This document shows positions 1-9,090 of a DNA stretch of 32,000 nt, one piece after another. The stretch spans positions 210,001 to 242,000 of the forward strand of contig NZ_CP021983.2 in assembly GCF_002075285.3 (NCBI RefSeq). The letters are read 5' to 3'. Position numbers and translations under genes: made by a program. Positions within the stretch are counted from its first letter, which is position 1, and each line of letters begins with the position of its first letter. The notes below the pieces were generated by a model. It was not told the DNA's origin. It made no database searches and saw only the letters and a program-made list of their open reading frames with translations. The DNA comes from Halomicronema hongdechloris C2206 (GTDB lineage: Bacteria > Cyanobacteriota > Cyanobacteriia > Phormidesmidales > Phormidesmidaceae).

Positions 1-492
1 ACCGACATCCAGGAATACTACGCCAACACCGGGGCCTTAAAACAGGCCGCCGAGCAACGACGAGGGCGCTCCGTCACCGCTAGCTTCGTCGAGAGCTTCT
101 CCAAAGACACCACCCCCCGCCAGCTAGAGGAGGTGCTACGGCTAGAGTATCGCACCAAGCTGCTCAACCCCAAATGGGCCGAAGCTATGGCTGCCCAGGG
201 CTCGGGGGGAGCCTACGAAATCTCCCAACGGCTAACAGCCATGGTGGGCTGGGCCGGCACTGCCAATTTCAAAGACGCCTGGGTCTACGACCAAGCTGCT
301 GCCACCTACGCCTTTGACCAGGCTATGGCAGAACGACTGCGCCAAGCCAATCCAGAGGCCTGGCGCAATGTGGTAGGGAGATTGCTGGAGGCCCATGGTC
401 GTGGCTTCTGGACCCCTGATGAAGACACCCTAGAGCGACTACAATCTCTCTACGACGAGGCTGATATGGCCCTAGAGGGGGTTAGCCTCTGA
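1..492 (+). CDS. chlH: Magnesium chelatase subunit H (ChlH/CobN family), C-terminal fragment; the 5' end lies outside the window
   Basis: Frame 1 is open from base 1 to the TGA at 490-492. The tail (KLLNPKWAEAMAAQGSGGAYEISQRLTAMVGW...ANPEAWRNVVGRLLEAHGRGFW) matches the C-terminus of cyanobacterial ChlH as I remember it. Confidence 0.8.
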   Translation, partial: TDIQEYYANTGALKQAAEQRRGRSVTASFVESFSKDTTPRQLEEVLRLEYRTKLLNPKWAEAMAAQGSGGAYEISQRLTAMVGWAGTANFKDAWVYDQAAATYAFDQAMAERLRQANPEAWRNVVGRLLEAHGRGFWTPDEDTLERLQSLYDEADMALEGVSL

Positions 493-516
493 GCCGGGGC
501 CAGCGTTGCCCCGGCT
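492..516. terminator. GC-rich hairpin between convergent chlH and the 522..767(-) ORF
   Basis: The perfect 9-bp arms agccggggc (492-500) and gccccggct (508-516) flank a 7-nt loop. There is no U-tract, so terminator function is uncertain. Confidence 0.35.
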
Positions 517-521
517 GCCAA

Positions 522-767
522 CTATGATACTAATGCCGCCTGGTCGCGGTCAGACCCTGTAGCCTCCCGGTAGTGAGGATCTCGCCAACAGAGAGGCAGC
601 GCTTCGCCAGAGGGGAACCGCAACTCCGATTTCACGAAGGTTTCCGGCTCCTGCAGCTCTTCTCCGGCGTGAAATCGACCGCTAATTTGATCCTGACAGG
701 GATCCCAAAGGTCATGCAGACTCAAGACTTCTACCAGATTATGGGTGGGAGTATGCTTCAAAAACAT
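522..767 (-). CDS. Small conserved hypothetical protein (81 aa)
   Basis: The ORF starts 18 nt downstream of the pentapeptide gene on the same strand. The GRFHAGEE...FPSGE.LP.CW.DPHYRE pattern resembles a small protein I recall being widespread in cyanobacteria. Function is unknown. Confidence 0.45.
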   Translation of the reverse strand: MFLKHTPTHNLVEVLSLHDLWDPCQDQISGRFHAGEELQEPETFVKSELRFPSGEALPLCWRDPHYREATGSDRDQAALVS

Positions 768-785
768 CGGATGATATCCTCCAAC

Positions 786-1316
786 TCAATGACTCCCCCA
801 GGACACCCAACGATGGTCAGTGCCACAGGCGGTTTCCGTTTGCAATGTCTTGGCTTGTGCCAAATCAGTACCCTCCATGTCGGTGTCTTCTAAATCAACT
901 CCGGTGATGCAGGCACTGGCCAAATTAACGTGACGGACACTGGCACCGCTTAGGGCGACTTCTGTGAGGTTAGCTCCCCGTAGATCGGCGTTATCTAAGA
1001 TAGCGGTGCGCAGGTCAGCCTGAGTCAGGTCTGCCCCGACTAAACTGGCGTGTCGAAGTTCAGCACCGATGAAATTGACTTCCCTTAGAGTGGCTCCACT
1101 CAGATCTGCCTGGCTGAGGTCAGCGTCTGTGAGGTTGGCGCAGCTCAGGTCAGCGCGACACAAGTTAGCCCCACTCAGGTCTGCTCCACTCAGGTCTGCC
1201 CCAGTAAAATCGACGCCACTGAGGAATTTACCAGTCAGATCAACGCCATGGAGCTGCACTTTAGAGAAGTTACGGTGGCCTTGATTGAATTCGTGGAGAA
1301 GTTGCTGAATATCCAT
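786..1316 (-). CDS. Pentapeptide repeat-containing protein
   Basis: The translation is dominated by A(D/N)LxG-type pentapeptides, for example ADLSGADLSGANLCRADLSCANLTDADLSQADLSGA. Confidence 0.85.
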   Translation of the reverse strand: MDIQQLLHEFNQGHRNFSKVQLHGVDLTGKFLSGVDFTGADLSGADLSGANLCRADLSCANLTDADLSQADLSGATLREVNFIGAELRHASLVGADLTQADLRTAILDNADLRGANLTEVALSGASVRHVNLASACITGVDLEDTDMEGTDLAQAKTLQTETACGTDHRWVSWGSH

Positions 1317-1952
1317 GTTGTCTACGTCCTTGTCTAAATGGACACGACTTTAGACACCAGCAGGTTGATCACCCTTAGGACTCTTGGATTGAAGATTGAC
1401 CCCGGGGAAAACTCCAGCAGCCTCTCAGCTGGACTTTTTAATATGGCCAGAGACATCTCATGACCAGCCAAGATAATGGCCCACTGAGATATTGATACAG
1501 CGACCTGCCATATCTAAAGTTATTGTTTATTATCGCGTGTTTCCAGTAGCGATAGGCCGTAGATTTACAGAACGATAATTCATCTCCCGGACTCAAGCCG
1601 AGGCAAATCCATAGACATATCAAAGGATTACCAAACACTTTACCCAGTGTTTAAAGGTGGCTACTCGCCCAGTTGCGATGGCTGTTGGTATAGCCCAGGC
1701 TCTGCCTACAGGCCAGTCGAAGACTATTTATTTCTGAACATTTTGGCGATCCTATAAACTGCAACGTGTTGCGTAGGACACCACTTTTACCGTGGCCGCG
1801 CTACAGCATGATGTCTTCTGCTTGCCCTTATCTGAGGGCAGCAGCACTGTGGTATTCGACTCCTTGAGGCGGCTCATCCCAACGCTATAAATAGGGCCGT
1901 TTTGACCTGTATCCTAACTAAAGAGAGCCTCTCCCTAACTGTTACCAATCCC

Positions 1953-2981
1953 ATGTCTACTCCGCTAGCGAGGAAGTCTCCTGTGACCGCGAACGTTCCA
2001 GTGGATCCGTCCCCTACCCTGTCGCTGCCCCCCATGGGTTGTGGCACCTGGGCCTGGGGCAATCGATTGCTCTGGGGCTATGACGAAAGTATGGATGCCG
2101 AGTTACAGGCTGTCTTCAACCTCTACATGGGCAGTGGTATCACTCTGTTTGACAGCGGAGATTCCTATGGTACTGGGCGCCTGCTGGGTCGCAGTGAACA
2201 ACTGCTAGGACGCTTCGCCAAGGACTACACTGGCCCCAATCAAGAGAGTCTCTGCATCGCCACCAAGCTAGCTGCTTACCCTTGGCGGTTAACCTCAGAG
2301 GCCATGGTTAGGGCCTGTCAGGCATCGGCTGAACGCCTTGGTCGCCCGGTGGATTTGGCCCAGCTACACTGGTCGACGGCGAATTATTTTCCCTGGCAGG
2401 AGTGGCCTCTACTAGATGGCCTCATGGATCTCTATGAGCGGGGCCTAGTGCGGGGCGTTGGCTTATCTAACTTTGGCCCGCAGCGATTGAAACAGGTATA
2501 TCAACGATTTAGGGAGCGGGGAGTACCCATCGCCACGCTGCAGGTGCAATACTCTTTGATCTCTACCTATCCGGTTGTAGAGCTGGGCCTCAAGGACCTA
2601 TGCGACGAACTGGGAATTCAGCTGATTGCCTATAGTCCCCTAGGGCTGGGCCTCTTGACCGGTAAATACGACGAAAAGGGGCCCTTCCCGAAGGGCCTGC
2701 GACGGTTTCTATTTCCTTACCTACTGTCGGGTATCCGCCCGGTACTAGATGCCCTGCAGGCCATTGCCCTATTCCGTCAGAAAACCCCTGCCCAGGTGGC
2801 CATCAACTGGTGTATCTGTAAGGGAACCATCCCGATTCCGGGCGCTAAAACCCTAGCTCAAGCCCAACAAAATTTAGCGGCTCTGGGTTGGCAACTCGAG
2901 GCCGGAGAAGTCATGGAACTCGATCGAGCCGCCGCCCGCTGTAAACGCCACATGGTCCAGAATATCTTTCAAACTCGATAA
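1953..2981 (+). CDS. Aldo/keto reductase family oxidoreductase
   Basis: The track ORF is 1902..2981 with a TTG start; the first ATG is at 1953. AKR-like motifs are present: GCGTWAWG, FDSGDSYG, GVGLSNFG and IPIPGAK. Confidence 0.85.
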   Translation: MSTPLARKSPVTANVPVDPSPTLSLPPMGCGTWAWGNRLLWGYDESMDAELQAVFNLYMGSGITLFDSGDSYGTGRLLGRSEQLLGRFAKDYTGPNQESLCIATKLAAYPWRLTSEAMVRACQASAERLGRPVDLAQLHWSTANYFPWQEWPLLDGLMDLYERGLVRGVGLSNFGPQRLKQVYQRFRERGVPIATLQVQYSLISTYPVVELGLKDLCDELGIQLIAYSPLGLGLLTGKYDEKGPFPKGLRRFLFPYLLSGIRPVLDALQAIALFRQKTPAQVAINWCICKGTIPIPGAKTLAQAQQNLAALGWQLEAGEVMELDRAAARCKRHMVQNIFQTR

Positions 2982-3007
2982 CTCATAGCGATGCTATTGA
3001 CCTCTGC

Positions 3008-3436
3008 CTAGTAGCGCCAGTGCCGTTTGCCTTTGACAAACACCCCCAACAGGAGGCCCACAAACAGGGGATAGCTGAATCGGACTAGAAAAGTACTCAG
3101 GGGAATGATGGACTTCAACCACAGCATCAAAACCAAGCAAGCAACCAAGGCCCAGAGGGTGGCTGCATCGGGCAATATCTGAGTAAAAAAACGATCCAAT
3201 AAGATGACGGCTAGGGCACCGATACCGGCGCCAACCAATACCGTTAATATCAGTCCCAGTAGCCCCGCCAGGGGAAACAGACGTCCTGAACCTGCAAGCA
3301 ATCCAGTGCGGCTAAGGCCAAGTAAGCCCTGCAGCAGCAGTAGATCTAGTCCTGTGGCGATGATCACTGTCAGCAGGGCATTCTGCAGTAGTATCACCCA
3401 GGGAATCGATTTCAAGCGCCAGAGGGGATCACGCAT
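3008..3436 (-). CDS. Hypothetical integral membrane protein (142 aa)
   Basis: The translation is hydrophobic throughout, with about 4 predicted helices. The antisense ORF 3204..3506 is R/P/S-rich shadow sequence. Confidence 0.55.
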   Translation of the reverse strand: MRDPLWRLKSIPWVILLQNALLTVIIATGLDLLLLQGLLGLSRTGLLAGSGRLFPLAGLLGLILTVLVGAGIGALAVILLDRFFTQILPDAATLWALVACLVLMLWLKSIIPLSTFLVRFSYPLFVGLLLGVFVKGKRHWRY

Positions 3437-3508
3437 GAATTATGCCGGTCAGAGAGGTCTGTGCCCATTATGGGATGATTCCACTGGGGATGATAGTAAT
3501 CTCTAGTC

Positions 3509-4988
3509 GAATGGCACTGACGTAAGCCCTATCAAGCGACCAGCTTAGCTTTCAGGACCGAGCGGGGTTCTTGCATTCTTGGAAAAGGTTTAGGACGACG
3601 TTTGACGACTCGAGGTTCTGAGCGGTTCGGTCGAGGGGGAATTATCAGCTCTCGCACAGCGCTTAACAAGGCTTGGTACCCCTGCCCTCGCTTGGATGGA
3701 GCCAGATGCAGGAACTCGGCTCGGAAGTGATTGAATTGTTGCCGAGTGCCCTGCAGGGAGACCCGTAAAGCGCCGACCTCAGAGTGGGCTGTGGCATCCC
3801 ACATCAGCGTCCGCAGCAGATTGTAGCTCACCAAATGCAGCCAAATACTTTTGGTTACCATGGCCGGCGTTTTGGCCGCAATCATCTCCATGGCTAAGGT
3901 GGTCTTGAGATGCCTGAGATTGACTTCGCTAGCCTGCCAACGGCGGTGATAGAGTTCGGCCAATTTGGCTTTGGGATAGCGTTTAGGGTCTCTCAGCGTG
4001 GTCACCACCACTACGTTGGTGGGGCGAAACCCAGGCACCTGAATCGAGAGATAGACTTCCCGCACCTCAATCGACTCGGGCAAGGCCCCAAGCTCCCCAG
4101 ATGAGAGGGCCTTGGGGTATTGTTTCGGGCGCTGCCAACGGACGATGTGGTCGCCAATGCCTAATTTTTTGCCTCGCCTGAAATCACAGCGGCGCTGATG
4201 ATGCTTGCGAAAGACGGCATCGGCTCCCGTCAAGGCGACCCAGGCCAGATCCACATAGGTGCCATAGGCTGAATCGGCCACCACCACATCCTCCGGGCGC
4301 AGCTTCCGATAGAGTTGGCGGGCCAAGCGCCATTCACTCACCCGAAAGGGGGCCATCGCCACCTCCAGGACCGCGCCGGTCGTCACACAAAACCACACCT
4401 GCAGCTTGAGAATGGGAAAGCCACAGCCGGCTTTTTGATTGCTGTGTTGGGGATACGCCGCTTGATTGGCTGCGGTATCACTCATCAAGACGGTCGTCGC
4501 ATCAAAGGCCTTGACCGGACGACCACACCACCGTTGAGCGGGCGGCACCTTCTGTCGCAAGGCCCTCGCTACCCGCTGTAACAAAGGCGGGAAAATTGAC
4601 TCGGGAAGACGTTTTCGCGCTTTACTGTAGCCCCCGGTATCGGCTGACGGCACCGTCAATCCCGACAAGCTCATCCAGGTCGTCACCCGCTTGACGGCAT
4701 GACTGAGACTACCATCGACATCGAGCACTTGGGAGAGCCAACTCCAGAGCACCACCATGGGCGTGTATAACACTCGGCGATACCGGATTCCTTGCTCGTT
4801 CAGCACTGACTGAATCTCAGCTTCCGGCAGCACCTCAGCAAACGGGAGAGCGATACTGTTCTGGTATTTCTCCTTGAGGACTTCGGCACGATTCGGCATC
4901 ATAGAGGCATAGTTATGGGCTTCAACACTTCGATTCTTACAGATCAAGCGCTTGAAGCCTTTTCTGCTCTCTTATGTCAGTGCCATTC
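3509..4988 (-). mobile_element. IS4-family insertion sequence, about 1480 bp, apparently intact
   Basis: The terminal inverted repeats are gaatggcactgacgtaag (3509-3526) and cttatgtcagtgccattc (4971-4988), complementary at 17 of 18 positions. They are flanked by a perfect 10-bp direct repeat atctctagtc (3499-3508 and 4989-4998). A single DDE transposase ORF fills the element. Confidence 0.85.
3532..4947 (-). CDS. IS4-family DDE transposase
   Basis: The 471-aa ORF carries DDE-type motifs (FDATTV, VVADSAYGTY) and a C-terminal YHRRWQASEVNLRHLK that resembles the IS4 Y-R-E-K signature. An alternative start is MMPNR at about 4902. Confidence 0.9.
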   Translation of the reverse strand: MICKNRSVEAHNYASMMPNRAEVLKEKYQNSIALPFAEVLPEAEIQSVLNEQGIRYRRVLYTPMVVLWSWLSQVLDVDGSLSHAVKRVTTWMSLSGLTVPSADTGGYSKARKRLPESIFPPLLQRVARALRQKVPPAQRWCGRPVKAFDATTVLMSDTAANQAAYPQHSNQKAGCGFPILKLQVWFCVTTGAVLEVAMAPFRVSEWRLARQLYRKLRPEDVVVADSAYGTYVDLAWVALTGADAVFRKHHQRRCDFRRGKKLGIGDHIVRWQRPKQYPKALSSGELGALPESIEVREVYLSIQVPGFRPTNVVVVTTLRDPKRYPKAKLAELYHRRWQASEVNLRHLKTTLAMEMIAAKTPAMVTKSIWLHLVSYNLLRTLMWDATAHSEVGALRVSLQGTRQQFNHFRAEFLHLAPSKRGQGYQALLSAVRELIIPPRPNRSEPRVVKRRPKPFPRMQEPRSVLKAKLVA

Positions 4989-5017
4989 ATCTCTAGTCAA
5001 TCGCAACGGGTCAACCC

Positions 5018-5200
5018 ATGGTGTATGATGCCCCTGCTCCGACCGATGTCTTACTGCTATTGCACTGCACTATTGGCCTAGTAGCGGCCCAATTAGCTCA
5101 CCAGCAGGGACGAGATCTGGGCCGATGGTTGATTTGGGGCATGGTGGGGGGAACCCTAGCGTTGGTGATGGTATTGGCCGATTCGCCCAGATCACCCTGA
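5018..5200 (+). CDS. Hypothetical small membrane protein (60 aa)
   Basis: ATG-initiated ORF with two hydrophobic segments, located 19 nt from the IS target duplication. There is no family recognition. Confidence 0.3.
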   Translation: MVYDAPAPTDVLLLLHCTIGLVAAQLAHQQGRDLGRWLIWGMVGGTLALVMVLADSPRSP

Positions 5201-5240
5201 TGGTTATTCTCTCTACCGTAAAGAGACACAGGATCTCCCT

Positions 5241-5711
5241 ATGGCTAGACACAGACCTCCCATGGGCCATGCCTACGGTTGGATGATTGGATTGGTGCTC
5301 ATGTCCCTGGGCTATGGGGTCGGGGGGTGGCTGCTCGCGGCCTTTCAGGTACCTGGGATCGTCTGGTGGGTGACTCAGGCCTGTACGGTGCATCTGGCGA
5401 TCTCGGGCCCCAGTGCCATTTTGCTGAGTAATCTCTGGGTGATTGGGTTGATGTTGGTCTGTGCGGCAGAGCAACCCTGGCCTGCCCTATGGCCGGCTCG
5501 TATTCCTACTCACCATGCCCAAACTTGGGCCACGATTTTGATCGGGCTCTGGGGAGTTGCGATCGCATTGATCCTGCTCCTAGCCTGGTTCTCCCATTGG
5601 TTAGACACCAAGGGCTATAGTTGTCGTCACCGAGTCATCTGGTTGCTGCCCCTCTGCTGGGGCGCCCTAGGCATTGGTGCCTGGATCTACCGAGTTGGCC
5701 TAGGCAGCTAG
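5241..5711 (+). CDS. Hypothetical integral membrane protein (156 aa)
   Basis: W/G/L-rich hydrophobic translation with about 4-5 helices. The antisense ORF 5070..5474 looks like non-coding shadow. Confidence 0.5.
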   Translation: MARHRPPMGHAYGWMIGLVLMSLGYGVGGWLLAAFQVPGIVWWVTQACTVHLAISGPSAILLSNLWVIGLMLVCAAEQPWPALWPARIPTHHAQTWATILIGLWGVAIALILLLAWFSHWLDTKGYSCRHRVIWLLPLCWGALGIGAWIYRVGLGS

Positions 5712-5799
5712 CGGCGATAGTATCAGCGATGGCTAAATACTAAATATCGTGGTCAGCCCCATTACTCTCCGTCTCTGTCTCCTCTATTCCTCAACCACA

Positions 5800-6219
5800 A
5801 TGACCTCGTCCTTACCCCGTCAGTTCCACCGCGCTCCCAACACAATTGCTGACTACTTGCACCAGATGGATCCTGAGGTGCTGCAGAGTCTTAGCCTGAC
5901 CCAGCGGAGTGAAGTGGAGCGCATCTTGGCCCAGGCCCTGCCGAAACCGGCTCCCAAAATCGTCGATTTGCGCTTTCGGGTCGATCTGATTCTCTCCCGC
6001 TTTTATGTGGTGTTGCTCGTGGGTAAGGATCGTCGTCGCCAGCGGCGTCACTATCCCCAAAGCGCCCTGAACCGACTGGGGAATTTCATCGCCGCCGTGG
6101 TCTTGCTCTTGAGCCTTAACTTAGCCGTGAGTGGGGGGCTGTTTCTCGCGGCCTATCTGGTCAAATCAGCCGTCGGGATTAACCTGCTACCAGGACATAT
6201 GGGCGATTATCTGCGTTAG
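5800..6219 (+). CDS. Hypothetical protein with a soluble N-terminal region and C-terminal TM helices
   Basis: The track ORF is 5749..6219 with a GTG start; the first ATG is at 5800. The IVDLRF.VDLI..R.YVVLLVGKDRR segment resembles a conserved cyanobacterial hypothetical family as I remember it. Confidence 0.5.
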   Translation: MTSSLPRQFHRAPNTIADYLHQMDPEVLQSLSLTQRSEVERILAQALPKPAPKIVDLRFRVDLILSRFYVVLLVGKDRRRQRRHYPQSALNRLGNFIAAVVLLLSLNLAVSGGLFLAAYLVKSAVGINLLPGHMGDYLR

Positions 6220-6298
6220 ATCTCGGCCAGAGCTAGATTGACTCCTAGAGGAATGACCGACATCTGATAGAACCGGTATTCCCCCTTAGGGAACCTCG

Positions 6299-7273
6299 GT
6301 GTCGTGGCCTCTGTTAGGCTTGCTGAGCCGGCTGAGCCATGCAGTTGCTTATTGCATAGACAGGGACATTATGGTGCATGGATGGATGCGTCGCTTTCGA
6401 GACTGGCTTCCCGATCTCGACCAGCGAGTGTGGATATTGGCGGGGGGACGACTGCTGTCCCAAGTCGGCATTGGCTTCACCCTGTTCTATGCCCCCATCT
6501 TCTTCGTTGATCGAGTGGGCCTGACAGCGACTCAGGTGGGATTGGGCATTGGCAGTGGATCCCTGTCGGGAATGATTGCTCGCTTTCTGGGCGGATCGAT
6601 GGCCGATTCCCCCCGTTGGGGCCGCCGCTTCACCCTACTGCTCTCGGCCCTAGTGTCGGCCGCTGCCGATGGCATCTTAGTGGCCACCCACAACTTTCCC
6701 ACCTTTATTCTGGGCAACTTGCTGATGGGCTTTGGCATTGGCCTCTACTGGCCTGCCACCGAAGCCATGGTGGGTGGCGGTCTTTCAGAGAATGCCATCA
6801 GCTGGCTGTTTACCGGCCATGTGGCCTTGGCAGCCCTTTGCCAGTTATCCATTGCTCGGGCCCTGAAACCACTCCCCTTACCTCGGGCCTTGATGATCTC
6901 CGCCTGTCTCTGGGGCCTGAGTTTCTGTCTCACTTGGCAGGCAGGGATCGCCGCTACAGGGGCCCTAGGCTGGGCCCTTATGGCCCTCGGCGTGATGGCC
7001 CTGGCCATGGCGGCCTATACTCCGATTGCTTCGTCTTTGGTGGCGGTTTTGGCTCCCGAGGCGTTACGAGGGGTGTATTTATCGATTAATTCCATGTGTT
7101 GGGCCATCGGTTATTTCATGGGCCCACCGTTGGGAGGCTGGGCATTGGACCAATCCCGTGCGATCGCAAATAGTTTTTGGCTAGCCCTTGCCTTGAGTGT
7201 CGCCCTAGGCTTAGGCGGATTACGGCTTCTGGACCAACGCCTAGATAGGGCCGCAACGGAGCACTCATCGTAA
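6299..7273 (+). CDS. MFS-type transporter, unusually short (see findings)
   Basis: An MFS motif-A-like DSPRWGRR lies between the second and third hydrophobic segments. The LAPEALRGVYLSINSMCWAIGYFMGPPLGG segment is typical of a late MFS helix pair. Probable true starts are the ATGs at 6371 or 6386. Confidence 0.7.
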   Translation: MSWPLLGLLSRLSHAVAYCIDRDIMVHGWMRRFRDWLPDLDQRVWILAGGRLLSQVGIGFTLFYAPIFFVDRVGLTATQVGLGIGSGSLSGMIARFLGGSMADSPRWGRRFTLLLSALVSAAADGILVATHNFPTFILGNLLMGFGIGLYWPATEAMVGGGLSENAISWLFTGHVALAALCQLSIARALKPLPLPRALMISACLWGLSFCLTWQAGIAATGALGWALMALGVMALAMAAYTPIASSLVAVLAPEALRGVYLSINSMCWAIGYFMGPPLGGWALDQSRAIANSFWLALALSVALGLGGLRLLDQRLDRAATEHSS

Positions 7274-7934
7274 TACAGAATCTTCGTCAGGGAGCAGTCA
7301 AGGGAGTAACGCTGCTGTCATGGTGCCATTTGTCACTAACCCATGACCGTACAATCCCTGATTTCCCAGCATAGGTCGCCCTGTCAATGGCATGGATACG
7401 TCCTAAAGTCCTCGTCCAAACAGCCTCTTAAACAGAGTCACGGCATTCTTCACAACAACTTGTCAGTAGTTCGGGGGATTTCTGCCTAATATTAGAGGCA
7501 AGCAACGTTGATATGTAGCCTACAGGAACCCAATTATGCTGCCTCTTTACATTGAATTTATAATTCCAAAGCCTACTTAAACAAATCAGAGTTTCTACCG
7601 CCTTGGTCAGGATTATAGTTTCCTCCTAGAAGATAGATTTTTGCCAATCTCTTAGATTTATTGAGTGAACGTGTAGGTTTCAAGACATTCCTGTGTAGCT
7701 GCTAGGTCGTCGCTCCCTCGATCAATTCTGGGAAATATTGGCTGGCAGACCAGGAACCTCTTAGCGCACCATCCTGACATCTGAGCCGTTGTGTTTTCGT
7801 CTCATCATCGACAAAAGACAAAATTGACCCCGATAAATCAGGGGAACGATTGATGGACGGGATGACGATCCATGGCTCTAAAAAATCCTTAACTTTAGCT
7901 TATCCGCAGACGTTTACCTTGAAGAGATCCAGGT

Positions 7935-8726
7935 ATGGCTGACTACATCCCTAAAATTGAGATCATTGGCTCCCCGGTCACAGCCCTTACCTTTACTCAG
8001 CAGATGCAGCAAATCGTCTCTTGGGCCCAAGCCCGATCCAGTCGATGTGTGTGCGTGGCCAATGTGCATATGCTGATGGAAGCCTATTGGCGAAGTGATC
8101 TGAAAGATATTTTAAGACAAGCCGATATCGTCAGCCCCGACGGCACACCCTTGGTGTGGATGATGCGACTAATAGGGGCTCCACGCCAAGATCGAGTGGC
8201 GGGTTTCGATATCTTAGAAGCGATCGCAAAACGTTGTTCTAACACGGAGGTCAGTCTTTTCTTCGTGGGCTCCGAGCAGCATGTTCTAGATAAAATGCGA
8301 CAACGGTTGCTGCGGGATTTCCCCAACGTCACCATCGCTGGCATGCAACCCTTACCCTTTCGCCCCCTCACTCGAGCAGAGGACAGCGACCTGATTGAGC
8401 AAATCAATAACAGTGGGGCTGGCATCGTCTTTGTCTCCCTAGGCTGCCCTAAGCAGGAGTATTGGATGGGCCAGCATCGGGGCAAAATTTCGGCGGTTAT
8501 GGTTGGGTTGGGCGGTGCGTTCTCAGTCTATGCCAGGATACATAAACGAGCCCCTCGTTTCATTCGAGACTTAGGCCTAGAGTGGTTCTATCGGCTTATC
8601 CAAGAACCGAAGCGTCTGTGGAAACGATACAGCGCCACGATCCCTCCCTTCCTATGGTTAGCGATAAAACAGCTTTGGGGTCGTCGCCGTGCTCAGAAAA
8701 TATCAGAGACTAAGAGCGCCGGTTAG
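7935..8726 (+). CDS. WecB/TagA/CpsF-family glycosyltransferase (GT26)
   Basis: 263-aa ORF with family-typical features: VANVHMLMEA, SPDGTPLVW, FFVGS, GCPKQEYWM and LEWFYRL. Confidence 0.85.
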   Translation: MADYIPKIEIIGSPVTALTFTQQMQQIVSWAQARSSRCVCVANVHMLMEAYWRSDLKDILRQADIVSPDGTPLVWMMRLIGAPRQDRVAGFDILEAIAKRCSNTEVSLFFVGSEQHVLDKMRQRLLRDFPNVTIAGMQPLPFRPLTRAEDSDLIEQINNSGAGIVFVSLGCPKQEYWMGQHRGKISAVMVGLGGAFSVYARIHKRAPRFIRDLGLEWFYRLIQEPKRLWKRYSATIPPFLWLAIKQLWGRRRAQKISETKSAG

Positions 8727-8745
8727 ATCTGTGTTCAGACCGAGT

Positions 8746-8916
8746 TCAATTGCCCATGGAATGATCTAAGAACACAGCCGCAACCGCAGCAAACAGGGTA
8801 ATGGCTAAGGCAAGCCAAGGAGACTGCCCCTGACTAACGGCAAACGAGGTAATCACCCCGGCGCCCAATCCAGCAGTCACTGCGGCTCCAATCCAATCTT
8901 TCTGGGTCTTATACAT
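8746..8916 (-). CDS. Hypothetical small membrane protein (about 56 aa)
   Basis: The ORF 8746..8952 has a more plausible start at MYKTQKDW (8916). It has two G/A-rich hydrophobic helices. Confidence 0.35.
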   Translation of the reverse strand: MYKTQKDWIGAAVTAGLGAGVITSFAVSQGQSPWLALAITLFAAVAAVFLDHSMGN

Positions 8917-9090
8917 AATGGTTTCCGGAAGCGATACTGTCAGCCTAAACACATGCGTTGACCAAACTTATCATCTTCCTTCTGGGGCCATGGATGAGGA
9001 GGACGGATCTTGAGACGAAGCTTTAGTTAGCGAGAGTTTTCTTTACAAAAGTCGCTCTTAGGGACTCCCTGCTGTCTACTCAAGCAGGTA

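Noticed and set aside
1438-1638. 66-aa minus-strand ORF in the AT-rich spacer between the pentapeptide gene and the aldo/keto reductase
   Set aside because: The translation is C/W/Y-rich, and there is no evident ribosome-binding site or family resemblance. It might be a fragment of something decayed, but I cannot support a gene call.
5070-5474. 134-aa minus-strand ORF overlapping the 5018 and 5241 plus-strand genes
   Set aside because: The translation is a low-complexity P/H/Q/G-rich sequence of the kind expected from the antisense of hydrophobic membrane-protein codons. The plus-strand products look like real membrane proteins.
6304-7089. Alternative-frame and antisense ORFs inside the MFS gene (6304..6510, 6532..6738, 6616..7089, 6745..7008)
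   Set aside because: They are R/P/G-rich translations nested in a gene with clear MFS motifs. They are high-GC frame shadows.
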